A DNA stretch of 64,000 nucleotides from Prevotella sp. (GTDB taxonomy: Bacteria > Bacteroidota > Bacteroidia > Bacteroidales > Dysgonomonadaceae), in assembly GCA_031285625.1 (NCBI GenBank), contig JAITVV010000007.1:96001-160000 (forward strand). Reading direction: 5' to 3'. Positions 10,736 to 20,045 of the stretch are shown here, one piece after another (within the stretch, counting starts at the first letter, position 1; each line of letters begins with the position of its first letter). The notes beneath the pieces are model-generated. The model did no database searches and was not told the origin of the DNA. It saw only the letters and a list, made by a program, of their open reading frames with translations. Made by a program: the position numbers and the translations under genes.

Positions 10736-11662
10736 TTAAAAAGCCAGAGAAGTAGGATCTTCATAATACTGAAAGTATATAGATGGTCTGGCCATGAAGT
10801 TATTTAAGTTTGTGACATCGGCAGATGGTTTACCGATACTAATGTCTGTCTGATTTGCACTGCTGCCGATTCTGGTGATAGCCACATTTATATTCTGATT
10901 GTTTGCCTCCAGATTTTCCACTACCATATGCAATAATATAGTTTCAAATGTATTGGATCCTGTATTAGAATATGATAACTGCCCAATATTGGCTGACTTC
11001 AGCAGGTTGTTAACAAAGATACCTCCGGCATACGAAACCCATCCATTAGCTGTACCACTCTTTTGTATGGTAGTCTGTAATGTTATCAGCAACCGGTTCT
11101 TTTTATATTTGGGTACTATACTGAATGTATTCCCTATTTTACGCCATTTATTATCAAATGCATAGTTAAGAACGCATACAGAGATACCATTGTTTGTAGC
11201 TAAATCAACACCTCCATCAGATATATTTATGCTGGAACTAACCAAAAAGAAGTTATCATTCCGTATATCCGGAATATTCATTGTTACCCATCTGGGCTGT
11301 AAGTCATCCGAAAGAGATAAAGTCTGGCCTGCCAACCCATCCGTTAATCCTATTCGATTCCATTTTGTTCCATCATTATAGAATAGTCCTGATGAGATAT
11401 TCTCATTCGTATTTGTATTGTATACAATCATTCCTGAAGTATGCTGTAATAAAGGAAAACTATTATCTGTAGAAATAAGGGCTACCCGGGGCAATAACAA
11501 TCCTTTAGAGGATTCCCCATTCTCACTTTGCTTCAAATCGAGAATAGCATCCATATCCGGTTCTATCCCTGACCCTATTGTTACCTGTGCATTAAGGTGG
11601 AGGTTAAATAATATAGCAATAGCCAGTAGTGCGTAATTTTGTGTTTTACTATAATTCTTCAT
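10736..11662 (-). CDS. Secreted hypothetical protein, paralogue 1 of a tandem trio
   Basis: Same QVTIGS...KGLLLPRVAL...GMIVYNT and GWVSYAGGIFVN motifs; ends FQYYEDPTS. Confidence 0.85.
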   Translation of the reverse strand: MKNYSKTQNYALLAIAILFNLHLNAQVTIGSGIEPDMDAILDLKQSENGESSKGLLLPRVALISTDNSFPLLQHTSGMIVYNTNTNENISSGLFYNDGTKWNRIGLTDGLAGQTLSLSDDLQPRWVTMNIPDIRNDNFFLVSSSINISDGGVDLATNNGISVCVLNYAFDNKWRKIGNTFSIVPKYKKNRLLITLQTTIQKSGTANGWVSYAGGIFVNNLLKSANIGQLSYSNTGSNTFETILLHMVVENLEANNQNINVAITRIGSSANQTDISIGKPSADVTNLNNFMARPSIYFQYYEDPTSLAF

Positions 11663-11957
11663 TTTATTCAGATAGTTTCATTAAAATCCGTATTAGGAAA
11701 ACAGCATATATTGATGTGCCAAATCCCGGTACAAACCTATAGAATGTCAGTAAGAATTATAGGACACATTATGCCTATTTGTAATAGTGAATCTTTCTAT
11801 TTCTCTACTTACTATAATTGCCCGACTCTGTTTTTGCATATTATACAAAGCCGAATCTCTGTTTATATATATTCAGTTGTTTAATATCTATAAATCATGT
11901 TTAATCGTGATATTTATATGTTTTCGGTTTATATTTATCTTTCCATAAAACAAAAAC

Positions 11958-11984
11958 AGGATTGGCTAATATTTTGCCAATCCT
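11958..11984 (-). terminator. Probable intrinsic terminator
   Basis: AGGATTGGC...GCCAATCCT stem followed by a T-rich tract on the minus strand, 23 nt after the HTH gene stop. Confidence 0.65.
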
Positions 11985-12007
11985 ATCACTCCATACAAAC
12001 ACATTTT

Positions 12008-12997
12008 CTACCTTGAGAATGAATTTATTATCTTTCTTTGCTCCTGAAAGAAGTTATACCTTTGCATTTCCCCGCCTTGCGTTATGAGCATCGAATACCT
12101 CTTCAGTGAATTGATCCATTCATTATGTGTCTGGCATATATTATAGCTTTGAGAATTTATTCCACTTATACCATACAGATTCAGGTGTGCATAAGAATGG
12201 CCACTATATTCTAATAATATATACGAAGCATCAATATCTACATTCGACAGATATAGAAGAATTTCCATTCCGGAGTTGTATGTTCCTGATATTGTAAGAG
12301 ACTCCATTTCCGTGAGAAGTTCATTCAATTCATCCTTTATGCTTTGAATATCAGTATCACTCATTAAATTAAGATTGTGAAAATATTTTATTTCGCGTAT
12401 AAAAGATGTAAATATATCCTGACTCAGTATAATGCTGGAACTTTTTATGTTTCTCGATTCAGAGATAAACATCTTTTGATATGCTATAGCTTCTTTTGTC
12501 AACTCCATTTCTCTAAAGGGCAAAGAATGAAGTCTTTTTATTTGATAGGCCCATTTAAACAGTTTGAATTTCGATAAATTTTCATAGTGTAAATAGAAAA
12601 AATAAGGTAAATTGTTAAAAGCACATATCAGTTTTGAGTCTGCTTTTTTATTTGCTCTTCTAAAGAGATTAACATACTCATCCATCCGCGCTATATAGTT
12701 CTGATTAATATCATTGGCGAACATAAGGTTGAGATCAAACACTGCTCTCTCTTTATTTCTTATCCCAACTATATTGTCTATTGAAATACCTAACTTAAGA
12801 GAAATTATTGCAACCTCTTCAAATGTAAAACGAACCTCACCTCTGAGGCGTCTGTAGATCGCTTCCTTACCCAAACAAAGTATATCTGCCAGTATCGATA
12901 CTAATTTTTCTTTTTCTGTTATGGTATTTATTATGTCTTTTTCAGTTATAGATGTTTTGATTGCCTCAATTAATTCTTCATGCATGCTTATTCTCAT
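12008..12997 (-). CDS. HTH-domain putative transcriptional regulator (Bacteroidota-type)
   Basis: N-terminal XRE-like LADILCLGKEAIYRRLRGEVRFTFEEVAIISLKLGISID plus a large C-terminal domain of unknown function. Confidence 0.7.
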   Translation of the reverse strand: MRISMHEELIEAIKTSITEKDIINTITEKEKLVSILADILCLGKEAIYRRLRGEVRFTFEEVAIISLKLGISIDNIVGIRNKERAVFDLNLMFANDINQNYIARMDEYVNLFRRANKKADSKLICAFNNLPYFFYLHYENLSKFKLFKWAYQIKRLHSLPFREMELTKEAIAYQKMFISESRNIKSSSIILSQDIFTSFIREIKYFHNLNLMSDTDIQSIKDELNELLTEMESLTISGTYNSGMEILLYLSNVDIDASYILLEYSGHSYAHLNLYGISGINSQSYNICQTHNEWINSLKRYSMLITQGGEMQRYNFFQEQRKIINSFSR

Positions 12998-13378
12998 TAT
13001 TTGTTATAATTGTATGTTAACTCGATTAGTTTTGGATTAATCTGAAGTGAATGATCAAATAAATGTAGAAAAGAGATTTTGTTGCAACCTCAATATTTAA
13101 TTTAGCCTGAATGCGTTGTCTCCTTTAGTGAAAAAGCCTTTTCTTTTTCAAATACAAAATTATAGATTGTATAATGATCTGGATAGTAATTTTGAGTGTA
13201 TTCTCACCCTCTGTTTTTTCTATTTATTCATAAATAAAATTATATATATCTATAAAAGTTGATAATTTATTTATGAGACATTTTCAGACATATATTTGTA
13301 TTGCTTACACTATATAAGTCTACATTTAAATTGAAAATCAGATTGGGATAATTTGATTAGTTTTATATAAAAAACAAA

Positions 13379-13409
13379 TACTTACTTAATATACACTATT
13401 AAGTAAGTA
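13379..13409 (-). terminator. Probable intrinsic terminator of the fimbrial gene
   Basis: TACTTACTTAATA-TACAC-TATTAAGTAAGTA stem followed by T tracts on the minus strand. Confidence 0.7.
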
Positions 13410-13445
13410 TCTGACAACTTAAGCAGAAACTTAAGCAGAAATTAT

Positions 13446-14579
13446 CTATTCAAAGACGCTTGTTTGTGAGATATTAAGTGCCCAGGGGGCCACTGAAACC
13501 TGAACATTGAGAGATGATGGTGATTCGGAGCTGAAAGGATTGCTGGTTCCCAATCCTTTTACTATGGTTTTTATGTTATATGTATTATTACGCCTTATAT
13601 ATTTATGGTTATCTGAAGCTCCTGTTACAGTCGAATTATTGCCCTCCAGATTTATTATAACAGGAAAATAAGTATAACCTTCCGAATCTACACGACCAGG
13701 AATATTGCTAATATATTTGTTATTTTGTTTCACTTTTGCCCTTAAAACAAGTATTGTAGGATATATAGTTCCGTCGGCAGGCTGATTTTCATAAAGGTAA
13801 AAATATGTATTGTTGTTAGTTGCCGTTGAACTAAGAAAGTTTTCAGAACCAGACAAAACTGTGCTTGATGAAGGATATAAGTCACCGATCCCTGAAAGTC
13901 CCTGATAATAAGAGACAGGTAAAGATAAAGCAGAATTGCTTATATGTGAATTCTTTACTGCATTCAATATAAAAGCTGTAGCTCCTTCGAAAGAATACTC
14001 ACTGCTTTGCCACTGCATATCTTCAACTTTTACCCGCGCAGTTAATCTTGTAAGCAAGAATGTATGAGGCTCTAGTGAAGTTCCATCTGTAGGGTTGGAG
14101 GTATACCCTATATAGTTCTTTCCTGGAACAATAACAGCATTGATCACATCTGTGGACATAGTAAGCTGTCCGTTGTCTTTCTCATTTTTGAGATCAGATA
14201 GTGTATTTTGTAGTTCAGTGATACTTTTAATAGCTGATATATCAGACGCATAGTTAGCCAACACAAAAATTCTTTTTTCACCACTCGTAACAGCTATATT
14301 ATCTACCTTAGTAATGCTGTTATTCTGGCTGGTTACACTCTTTGCAGCTTCTAGGCTACCATCAATATTAAAAACAAAGGCATCCAGCTTAAGTACCTTG
14401 TCTTCCTGAGAAGGGTTGCCCGATGCTTTAGTTTGCGGTGTACCCGAAATTTGTAGGCTAATACTGGCCACTTTTCCCCTTACAATAGGCGTTGGTATAT
14501 CACTGTCTTCTGCCCTGTCACAGGATACACCCAAAATAGCAATAATAATTGCAGATAAAAATAAACCTCTTGATTTCAT
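13446..14579 (-). CDS. Type V fimbrial major pilin-like lipoprotein (FimA/Mfa1 family)
   Basis: Lipobox GVSC, TKA propeptide cleavage site, LDAFVFN..G.LE, FVLAN, LTRLTARV, YLYEN, IRRNNTYNI, C-terminal VQVSVAPW...Q donor strand. Start placed at MKSRG. Confidence 0.85.
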   Translation of the reverse strand: MKSRGLFLSAIIIAILGVSCDRAEDSDIPTPIVRGKVASISLQISGTPQTKASGNPSQEDKVLKLDAFVFNIDGSLEAAKSVTSQNNSITKVDNIAVTSGEKRIFVLANYASDISAIKSITELQNTLSDLKNEKDNGQLTMSTDVINAVIVPGKNYIGYTSNPTDGTSLEPHTFLLTRLTARVKVEDMQWQSSEYSFEGATAFILNAVKNSHISNSALSLPVSYYQGLSGIGDLYPSSSTVLSGSENFLSSTATNNNTYFYLYENQPADGTIYPTILVLRAKVKQNNKYISNIPGRVDSEGYTYFPVIINLEGNNSTVTGASDNHKYIRRNNTYNIKTIVKGLGTSNPFSSESPSSLNVQVSVAPWALNISQTSVFE

Positions 14580-14789
14580 AATAAAAACCTGATAATTAAT
14601 TAATAATATATAAAATTCCCTTTTTGATTCTGATTTTATGTGAGGCAATAGTTTCCCTGAGAAGGATTATAGTCCTTCTTTATCTAATTGTTTAAAGTAT
14701 ATTTCGGATGATTCCCTCTTGTTAAGATTCAAGAGTAAAATGGTATGTGACAGTTTATTGTAAAATCATATATTCCTCATTTAATGGCG

Positions 14790-14860
14790 CAAAAATAGAA
14801 TGAAAATCTATATATTTTTATAAAAAAAGGGACAAAATAAGTACTAAAAGGGACAAAATA
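14790..14860 (-). promoter_or_regulatory. Pilin promoter (-7 TATTTTTG) with a perfect 15-bp direct repeat at 21-bp period, candidate AraC sites
   Basis: AAAAGGGACAAAATA at 14825-14839 and 14846-14860; reverse-strand TAnnTTTG at 14790-14797. Confidence 0.65.
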
Positions 14861-14871
14861 TCTATTGGCGC

Positions 14872-15732
14872 TTATTTACTTAACAGCTTAGTTTTTAAGT
14901 TGTGCTTTTCACAGAAGGCAATGAATTCAGCCATATTTGCAAAATGAAATTCTTTAAGGATATGATCCATTGATACCGTTTTATGAACTATGTAGTATTC
15001 CAGACTTTTAGCCTTCTGATGCATAATCCATTTATAAGGAGTGATCCCAAATTCAGTTTTAAACTTTCTTGTAAATGTTTTAGTTGTCATAAAACATTTC
15101 TTCGCTAAACTTTTAACAGAACTATTATGTGTATAATTTGCCAATACCTCCATTCTGAATTGGTTTTGACTAAGAAGTATCGGGGAAAAAAAACGGGCCA
15201 ACGTTTGTTTATCGTATAGGGTTCTCATTAGAAAAACAAATTCTTGTTTTTTCATATCATATACATACTTTGAAAATATCTTGTTACGCCTGTAGTAAAT
15301 TATACCCGACAGAAAATAGCGTAAAGTTTTCTTTATATGAAGTTTCTCTAATTCTATACTATTGGGGGCATATAGTGAGACAATCTGATTTAAAAGAACC
15401 TGATCTATAAATGGCAGGAGATTATCCGATTTCAGCTCAATATATATACTACTTTCTTTGGTTGTAGCTTTATACGGACCAAAGGCTTTAGATATAAAAA
15501 GCATATTATTTTTACTATATAAATTATAATCCGATTCTTTTTGAATTAATACTTTCCCTTTCATTATAAAAACAATACTATTTTCACCAGGGATACCAAT
15601 CAGAATATCACTATCTTCAGAATGGTAATGTACTTTGAATGAATCATCCTTTTCTAAAGGGAGTATATAATTTTGTAAAGAGCTTTCATATTCATTTATA
15701 ATTTTTTCAGGGCTCGTCAGGTATAGGTTCAT
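14872..15732 (-). CDS. AraC family transcriptional regulator
   Basis: C-terminal SVKSLAKKCFMTTKTFTRKFKTEFGITPYKWI HTH with an N-terminal cupin-like region. Confidence 0.88.
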   Translation of the reverse strand: MNLYLTSPEKIINEYESSLQNYILPLEKDDSFKVHYHSEDSDILIGIPGENSIVFIMKGKVLIQKESDYNLYSKNNMLFISKAFGPYKATTKESSIYIELKSDNLLPFIDQVLLNQIVSLYAPNSIELEKLHIKKTLRYFLSGIIYYRRNKIFSKYVYDMKKQEFVFLMRTLYDKQTLARFFSPILLSQNQFRMEVLANYTHNSSVKSLAKKCFMTTKTFTRKFKTEFGITPYKWIMHQKAKSLEYYIVHKTVSMDHILKEFHFANMAEFIAFCEKHNLKTKLLSK

Positions 15733-15855
15733 ATTTGTTTGTTAAATCTCATATCCTTAATAACACATAGAGAATTGAAATGTTCCAGTAAATGAAATAT
15801 GTAGAAATATAACATCAGCCAAACAAAGTAACCTGTAATGTCTTACCTTTGCCGT

Positions 15856-17196
15856 ATGAAAACAGAAGATCGAACAAAAACTATATTATCCAGCCTGAAT
15901 ATAGACAGGTTGAACAAGATGCAGATTGCAGCTGAGGATACAATAATAAAAGAAAAAAATACAATCTTATTATCACCCACTGGTTCCGGTAAGACTCTTG
16001 CTTTCCTGTTACCAACCCTCAATTTGTTGAGAGAGGATATAAAAGCTGTGCAATGTATGATTATAGTACCATCACGCGAACTGGCAATTCAGATTGAGAA
16101 GGTTTGGAAACAAATGGGAACAAAATTTAAAGTAAACGTATGCTATGGTGGACATTCTATTGAAACCGAACTTAAGAATCTAAGTAATCCCCCTGCCTTG
16201 CTTATAGGAACACCGGGACGGTTGACAGATCATCTGGAAAGGAAATCTTTTGATACTAACTCTATCGAAATTTTAGTTTTAGATGAATTTGACAAATCAT
16301 TGCAACTTGGATTTCAGGATGAAATGAATACAATTATCAGCCAATTACCCAACCTGCAGAAACGAATATTACTTTCAGCAACTTCTGATGTAGAAGTGCC
16401 TGATTTTGTATTGATGGAATCTCCTGTTACTCTCGATTATACCGAAGAAGAAAGGAAAGATACTCTTTCTATCAAACTTGTTTTATCTCCTGAAAAAGAT
16501 AAAATAGAATCCTTATTCCAGCTTATATGTTCGCTCAATTCAGAGCCTGCTCTTATTTTCTGTAACCATAGAGAAGTCGCAGAACGTATCAGTAGTTTAT
16601 TAAACAAGAAAGGCATACAAACAGGATATTACCATGGGGGCATGGACCAGGATGACAGGGAAAGAGTACTCATCCAATTCCGAAATGGTAGTTTAAACTA
16701 CCTGGTTACAACAGACCTGGCTGCCAGAGGTTTAGATATTCCTGAAATGAAACATGTGATACATTATCACCTACCTGCCAAAGAGAGTGAGTTTATCCAT
16801 CGTAATGGGCGCACAGCCCGTATGCATGCTTCCGGTACTGCATATATCATACTCTACAAAGAAGAAAAAGCACCTGATTATATTCCTGAGAATCTGGATG
16901 TATTGAGGCCAGGAACAAACAAAACGCTACCTAAACGTCCCGAAAACCAGACAATCTACATAAGTGGAGGTAAGAAAAACAAACTGAATAAAAGTGATAT
17001 TGTAGGATTCTTCTTACAAAAAGGAAAACTGGATAAATCAGATTTAGGATTAATAGAAGTAAAAGATTTCATCTCTTTTGTTGCTGTGCGTTCCTCAGCA
17101 GTCAGGACACTTCTAACCAACATAAGAGATGAAAAGATGAAAGGTAAGAAATATAAGATAGAAATAGCCAGAAATGTTATTAAGAAGACTGATTAA
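15856..17196 (+). CDS. DEAD-box RNA helicase with DbpA-type C-terminal RNA-binding domain
   Basis: SPTGSGKT, PSRELA, TPGR, DEFD, SAT, ARGLD, HRNGRTAR, and C-terminal GGKKNKLNKSDIVG. Start moved to MKTEDR because TACCTTTG (15844-15851) lies downstream of the first ATG. Confidence 0.93.
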   Translation: MKTEDRTKTILSSLNIDRLNKMQIAAEDTIIKEKNTILLSPTGSGKTLAFLLPTLNLLREDIKAVQCMIIVPSRELAIQIEKVWKQMGTKFKVNVCYGGHSIETELKNLSNPPALLIGTPGRLTDHLERKSFDTNSIEILVLDEFDKSLQLGFQDEMNTIISQLPNLQKRILLSATSDVEVPDFVLMESPVTLDYTEEERKDTLSIKLVLSPEKDKIESLFQLICSLNSEPALIFCNHREVAERISSLLNKKGIQTGYYHGGMDQDDRERVLIQFRNGSLNYLVTTDLAARGLDIPEMKHVIHYHLPAKESEFIHRNGRTARMHASGTAYIILYKEEKAPDYIPENLDVLRPGTNKTLPKRPENQTIYISGGKKNKLNKSDIVGFFLQKGKLDKSDLGLIEVKDFISFVAVRSSAVRTLLTNIRDEKMKGKKYKIEIARNVIKKTD

Positions 17197-17222
17197 TCTT
17201 GGTATTTCTCTAATAATATTTT

Positions 17223-18299
17223 CTAATATTTCAATGGCAATGAGATTTCCAGTTTAGTGTCCTTTCCCGTATGGCAGTTCAAAACAGTCATTATTCCTTC
17301 TTTGGGAAACTGAGTCCTGACTGTCTTATTAGCTGGTAGCCTATATTCTTTATCACCTATCATTAGCGAGTAAGAAATATCTGATATATTACTAACCTCT
17401 ATATCATCTCCACCTTTTATTACTTTTATCTTGATTGATGCCAAGAATAACTTTCTTAATAATTCGTCTTTTCCTGCTAAAGTACTATTAAATAAGACTG
17501 CTGTGCGTCCGGCAAACAAGGCCTCTTTTATGCCTGCCTCCGAGTATTCCTTTGCAAATACCAAAGTAACAGGGCGAGCCAATTTCTTATTTCCATAAAG
17601 TTCAGCAATAGGCTCATGTATATCCGAGTTACCCATAAAGCTCAGATTGTATTTATTCGCATAATCGAATGTAAGCGGATAATATTCAAGATAGTTAAAA
17701 ACCTCAATACCATTTATCAGACGTTCTGCAATCAATTGTTCGTGCACAGGATAAAGAGTACTCTTATTATCAGGCCATCCCGGATGGTTCCACATAATAA
17801 AAGCGCCTTGCTTTTTCGCTTCTTTCAGAACATCTACAGGATCATCCAGTTCCAACTTATTGGCATCGTTTATAAATAAAGCATTGAGATGTCCAATCGG
17901 CTTTTCACGTGTAATTTCAGTACCTTGTATAACTATAAAATTCAGCCTGTCGCCATGTTCTTTTGCTATTTTGAAACTGGCATTAAGATCTCCGCTAAGA
18001 ATTCCTTTATAGGGACGGTACTCAATATGATCGGTAATTGCAATAGCATCAAGTCCTTCCCTCCAGGCCTCGTTTACCCGTACATCAGGCCAAACCTTAC
18101 CATCCGAGAAAACAGTATGGATATGGAAATCGCACTTGAGAACCTGATATCCATCAAAACCCGGTATGGAGATATGTTCACGAATAGAACTCTGCCCCAT
18201 TTCCGGCAATTTATATACATCATCATTCTTTATTTGTCCGAATGCAAGGAAAGGACAAGTGAGTAATATCACTCCTGCAATAATCTTATAAATATTCAT
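17223..18299 (-). CDS. Secreted PHP-domain phosphoesterase (Sb-PDE-like phosphodiesterase)
   Basis: DFHIHTVFSDG, AITDH, GHLNA, WNHP, GNSDIH metal ligands; signal peptide from MNIYK. Confidence 0.85.
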   Translation of the reverse strand: MNIYKIIAGVILLTCPFLAFGQIKNDDVYKLPEMGQSSIREHISIPGFDGYQVLKCDFHIHTVFSDGKVWPDVRVNEAWREGLDAIAITDHIEYRPYKGILSGDLNASFKIAKEHGDRLNFIVIQGTEITREKPIGHLNALFINDANKLELDDPVDVLKEAKKQGAFIMWNHPGWPDNKSTLYPVHEQLIAERLINGIEVFNYLEYYPLTFDYANKYNLSFMGNSDIHEPIAELYGNKKLARPVTLVFAKEYSEAGIKEALFAGRTAVLFNSTLAGKDELLRKLFLASIKIKVIKGGDDIEVSNISDISYSLMIGDKEYRLPANKTVRTQFPKEGIMTVLNCHTGKDTKLEISLPLKY

Positions 18300-18347
18300 T
18301 CCAATATTTTTTAATATTAAAAATAACACTCCTGATAAAGATAACTA

Positions 18348-20024
18348 TTAATTACCTGAGCTCTCAATAAATCCTCCTATTTTCAAATATTTTTTATATA
18401 GTTTCTCATAGATAGCATTCTTTTGTGCATCCGGATAATATTCATAAGCAAAACCTTTTCCCATAGCAGCTTGCGCATCTTCTACACATGCATATTCCGA
18501 AGCGGCTACTGCAGCAAACATAGCTGCACCCAAGGCACAAGCCTGCTCCACACCCGACACTTTTATAGGCATTCCCAAAACATCAGCCAGAGTCTGCATT
18601 ACAAATGGAGCTTTTAATGGTATACCACCAATCCCAATTACATTCTTGATTTCAACGCCCTGTGCCAAGAAACTATCAATAATGGCTTTTGAGCCAAAAG
18701 CTGTTGCTTCTACCAATGCCTTGTAAATAACCGGGGCCGAGCTACCTAATGTAAGATCTGCAATACAACCCTTTACTACCTGATTTGCAAATGGAGTGCG
18801 ACGCCCGTTCATCCAATCGAGTGCTATCGGAGAACTTTCTGATACAGGAATTTTCTGAGCTTCTTCGTTCAGATATGGTAAAATACGATCCTTAATCTGT
18901 TCTTGTAATTGCTGTTTAAATTCGCTATCAGCAATATCTAAATTTGATAGAATATCTCTCAACGGATGGTAAATAATGTTTCTGAACCAAGCATAAATGT
19001 CCCCAAAAGCTGATTGTCCAGCCTCCAGGCCTATCATTCCGGGTATAACAGAACCATCAACCTGACCGCATATTCCGGCAATAAGTTTATCTTTCATTGT
19101 ATCATAGGATGAAACCATTATATCGCAGGTAGATGTGCCTATAATACGCACAAATGCACCTTCTGATATTTGTGCACCGACAGCTCCCATATGGCAATCG
19201 AGTTCACCGACACAAATAACTACCCCTGTATGTAGCCCCAGTCTTTCTGCCCATTCATCAGTAAGTGTTCCTACAACTTTATCACTTGTATGTGTTTGCT
19301 TAAAGAGATGCCCTTTGAACAAGTCATAAAGAGGATCTAAGGTATGCAAGAATTCTGATGAAGGCAATCCTCCCCAACTTTCATTCCACATAGCTTTATG
19401 CCCTGCAGCACAACGGCTACGCAGCATATTCTCCGGATTAGTATTACCTGTGAGTAAGGCAGATATCCAATCGCAATGCTCAGTCCAACTGTATGCTTTA
19501 TCCCTTATGGAGGTATCAACCCGAAGGACATGGAGCATTTTCGCCCAAGCCCATTCCGATGAATATACTCCGCCTGAATATGATGTAAAATCGATATCCC
19601 ATTTTTTTGCTAATTCATTGATTTCTGCTGCTTCATTTATAGCTGTATGATCTTTCCACAGAACAAACATGGCATTCGGGTTATCTGCATATTCCGGTAA
19701 TAAGGCTAAAGGCAGACCATCCTTATCTAGCAGGACGGGTGTAGACCCTGTGGTATCAAACCCCATACCTATTATCTTTGGTACTATTTCTCCCGGGCAC
19801 TTTTGGAATAAATGTTTTATCACATCTTCGAGACTTTCAATATAATCCGCAGGATGCTGACGATACTGATTATTTACAGGATTACAATACAAACCCTTTC
19901 CCCAACGGTTGTAATGACTTACTGCTGAGGCTTGTTCCGTACCTGTTGTAGTATCCACAATTATCGCACGACAAGAGTCTGTACCATAATCGACCCCTAT
20001 CACATACTTCTTTTCCTTTTCCAT
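18348..20024 (-). CDS. araB: Ribulokinase (FGGY family, AraB-like)
   Basis: GVDYGTDS, FDTTGSTP, LWKDHTA, YSSEW, AAGHKAMW, GTSTCD, EAGQSAFGD, WMNGRRTP. Confidence 0.92.
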   Translation of the reverse strand: MEKEKKYVIGVDYGTDSCRAIIVDTTTGTEQASAVSHYNRWGKGLYCNPVNNQYRQHPADYIESLEDVIKHLFQKCPGEIVPKIIGMGFDTTGSTPVLLDKDGLPLALLPEYADNPNAMFVLWKDHTAINEAAEINELAKKWDIDFTSYSGGVYSSEWAWAKMLHVLRVDTSIRDKAYSWTEHCDWISALLTGNTNPENMLRSRCAAGHKAMWNESWGGLPSSEFLHTLDPLYDLFKGHLFKQTHTSDKVVGTLTDEWAERLGLHTGVVICVGELDCHMGAVGAQISEGAFVRIIGTSTCDIMVSSYDTMKDKLIAGICGQVDGSVIPGMIGLEAGQSAFGDIYAWFRNIIYHPLRDILSNLDIADSEFKQQLQEQIKDRILPYLNEEAQKIPVSESSPIALDWMNGRRTPFANQVVKGCIADLTLGSSAPVIYKALVEATAFGSKAIIDSFLAQGVEIKNVIGIGGIPLKAPFVMQTLADVLGMPIKVSGVEQACALGAAMFAAVAASEYACVEDAQAAMGKGFAYEYYPDAQKNAIYEKLYKKYLKIGGFIESSGN

Positions 20025-20045
20025 GATATATTTTTCAAAGTGTTT

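Noticed and set aside
13416-13439. 12-bp tandem duplication AACTTAAGCAGA x2 after the pilin stop
   Set aside because: Only two copies in a 3' UTR, most likely slippage; not a CRISPR or functional array.
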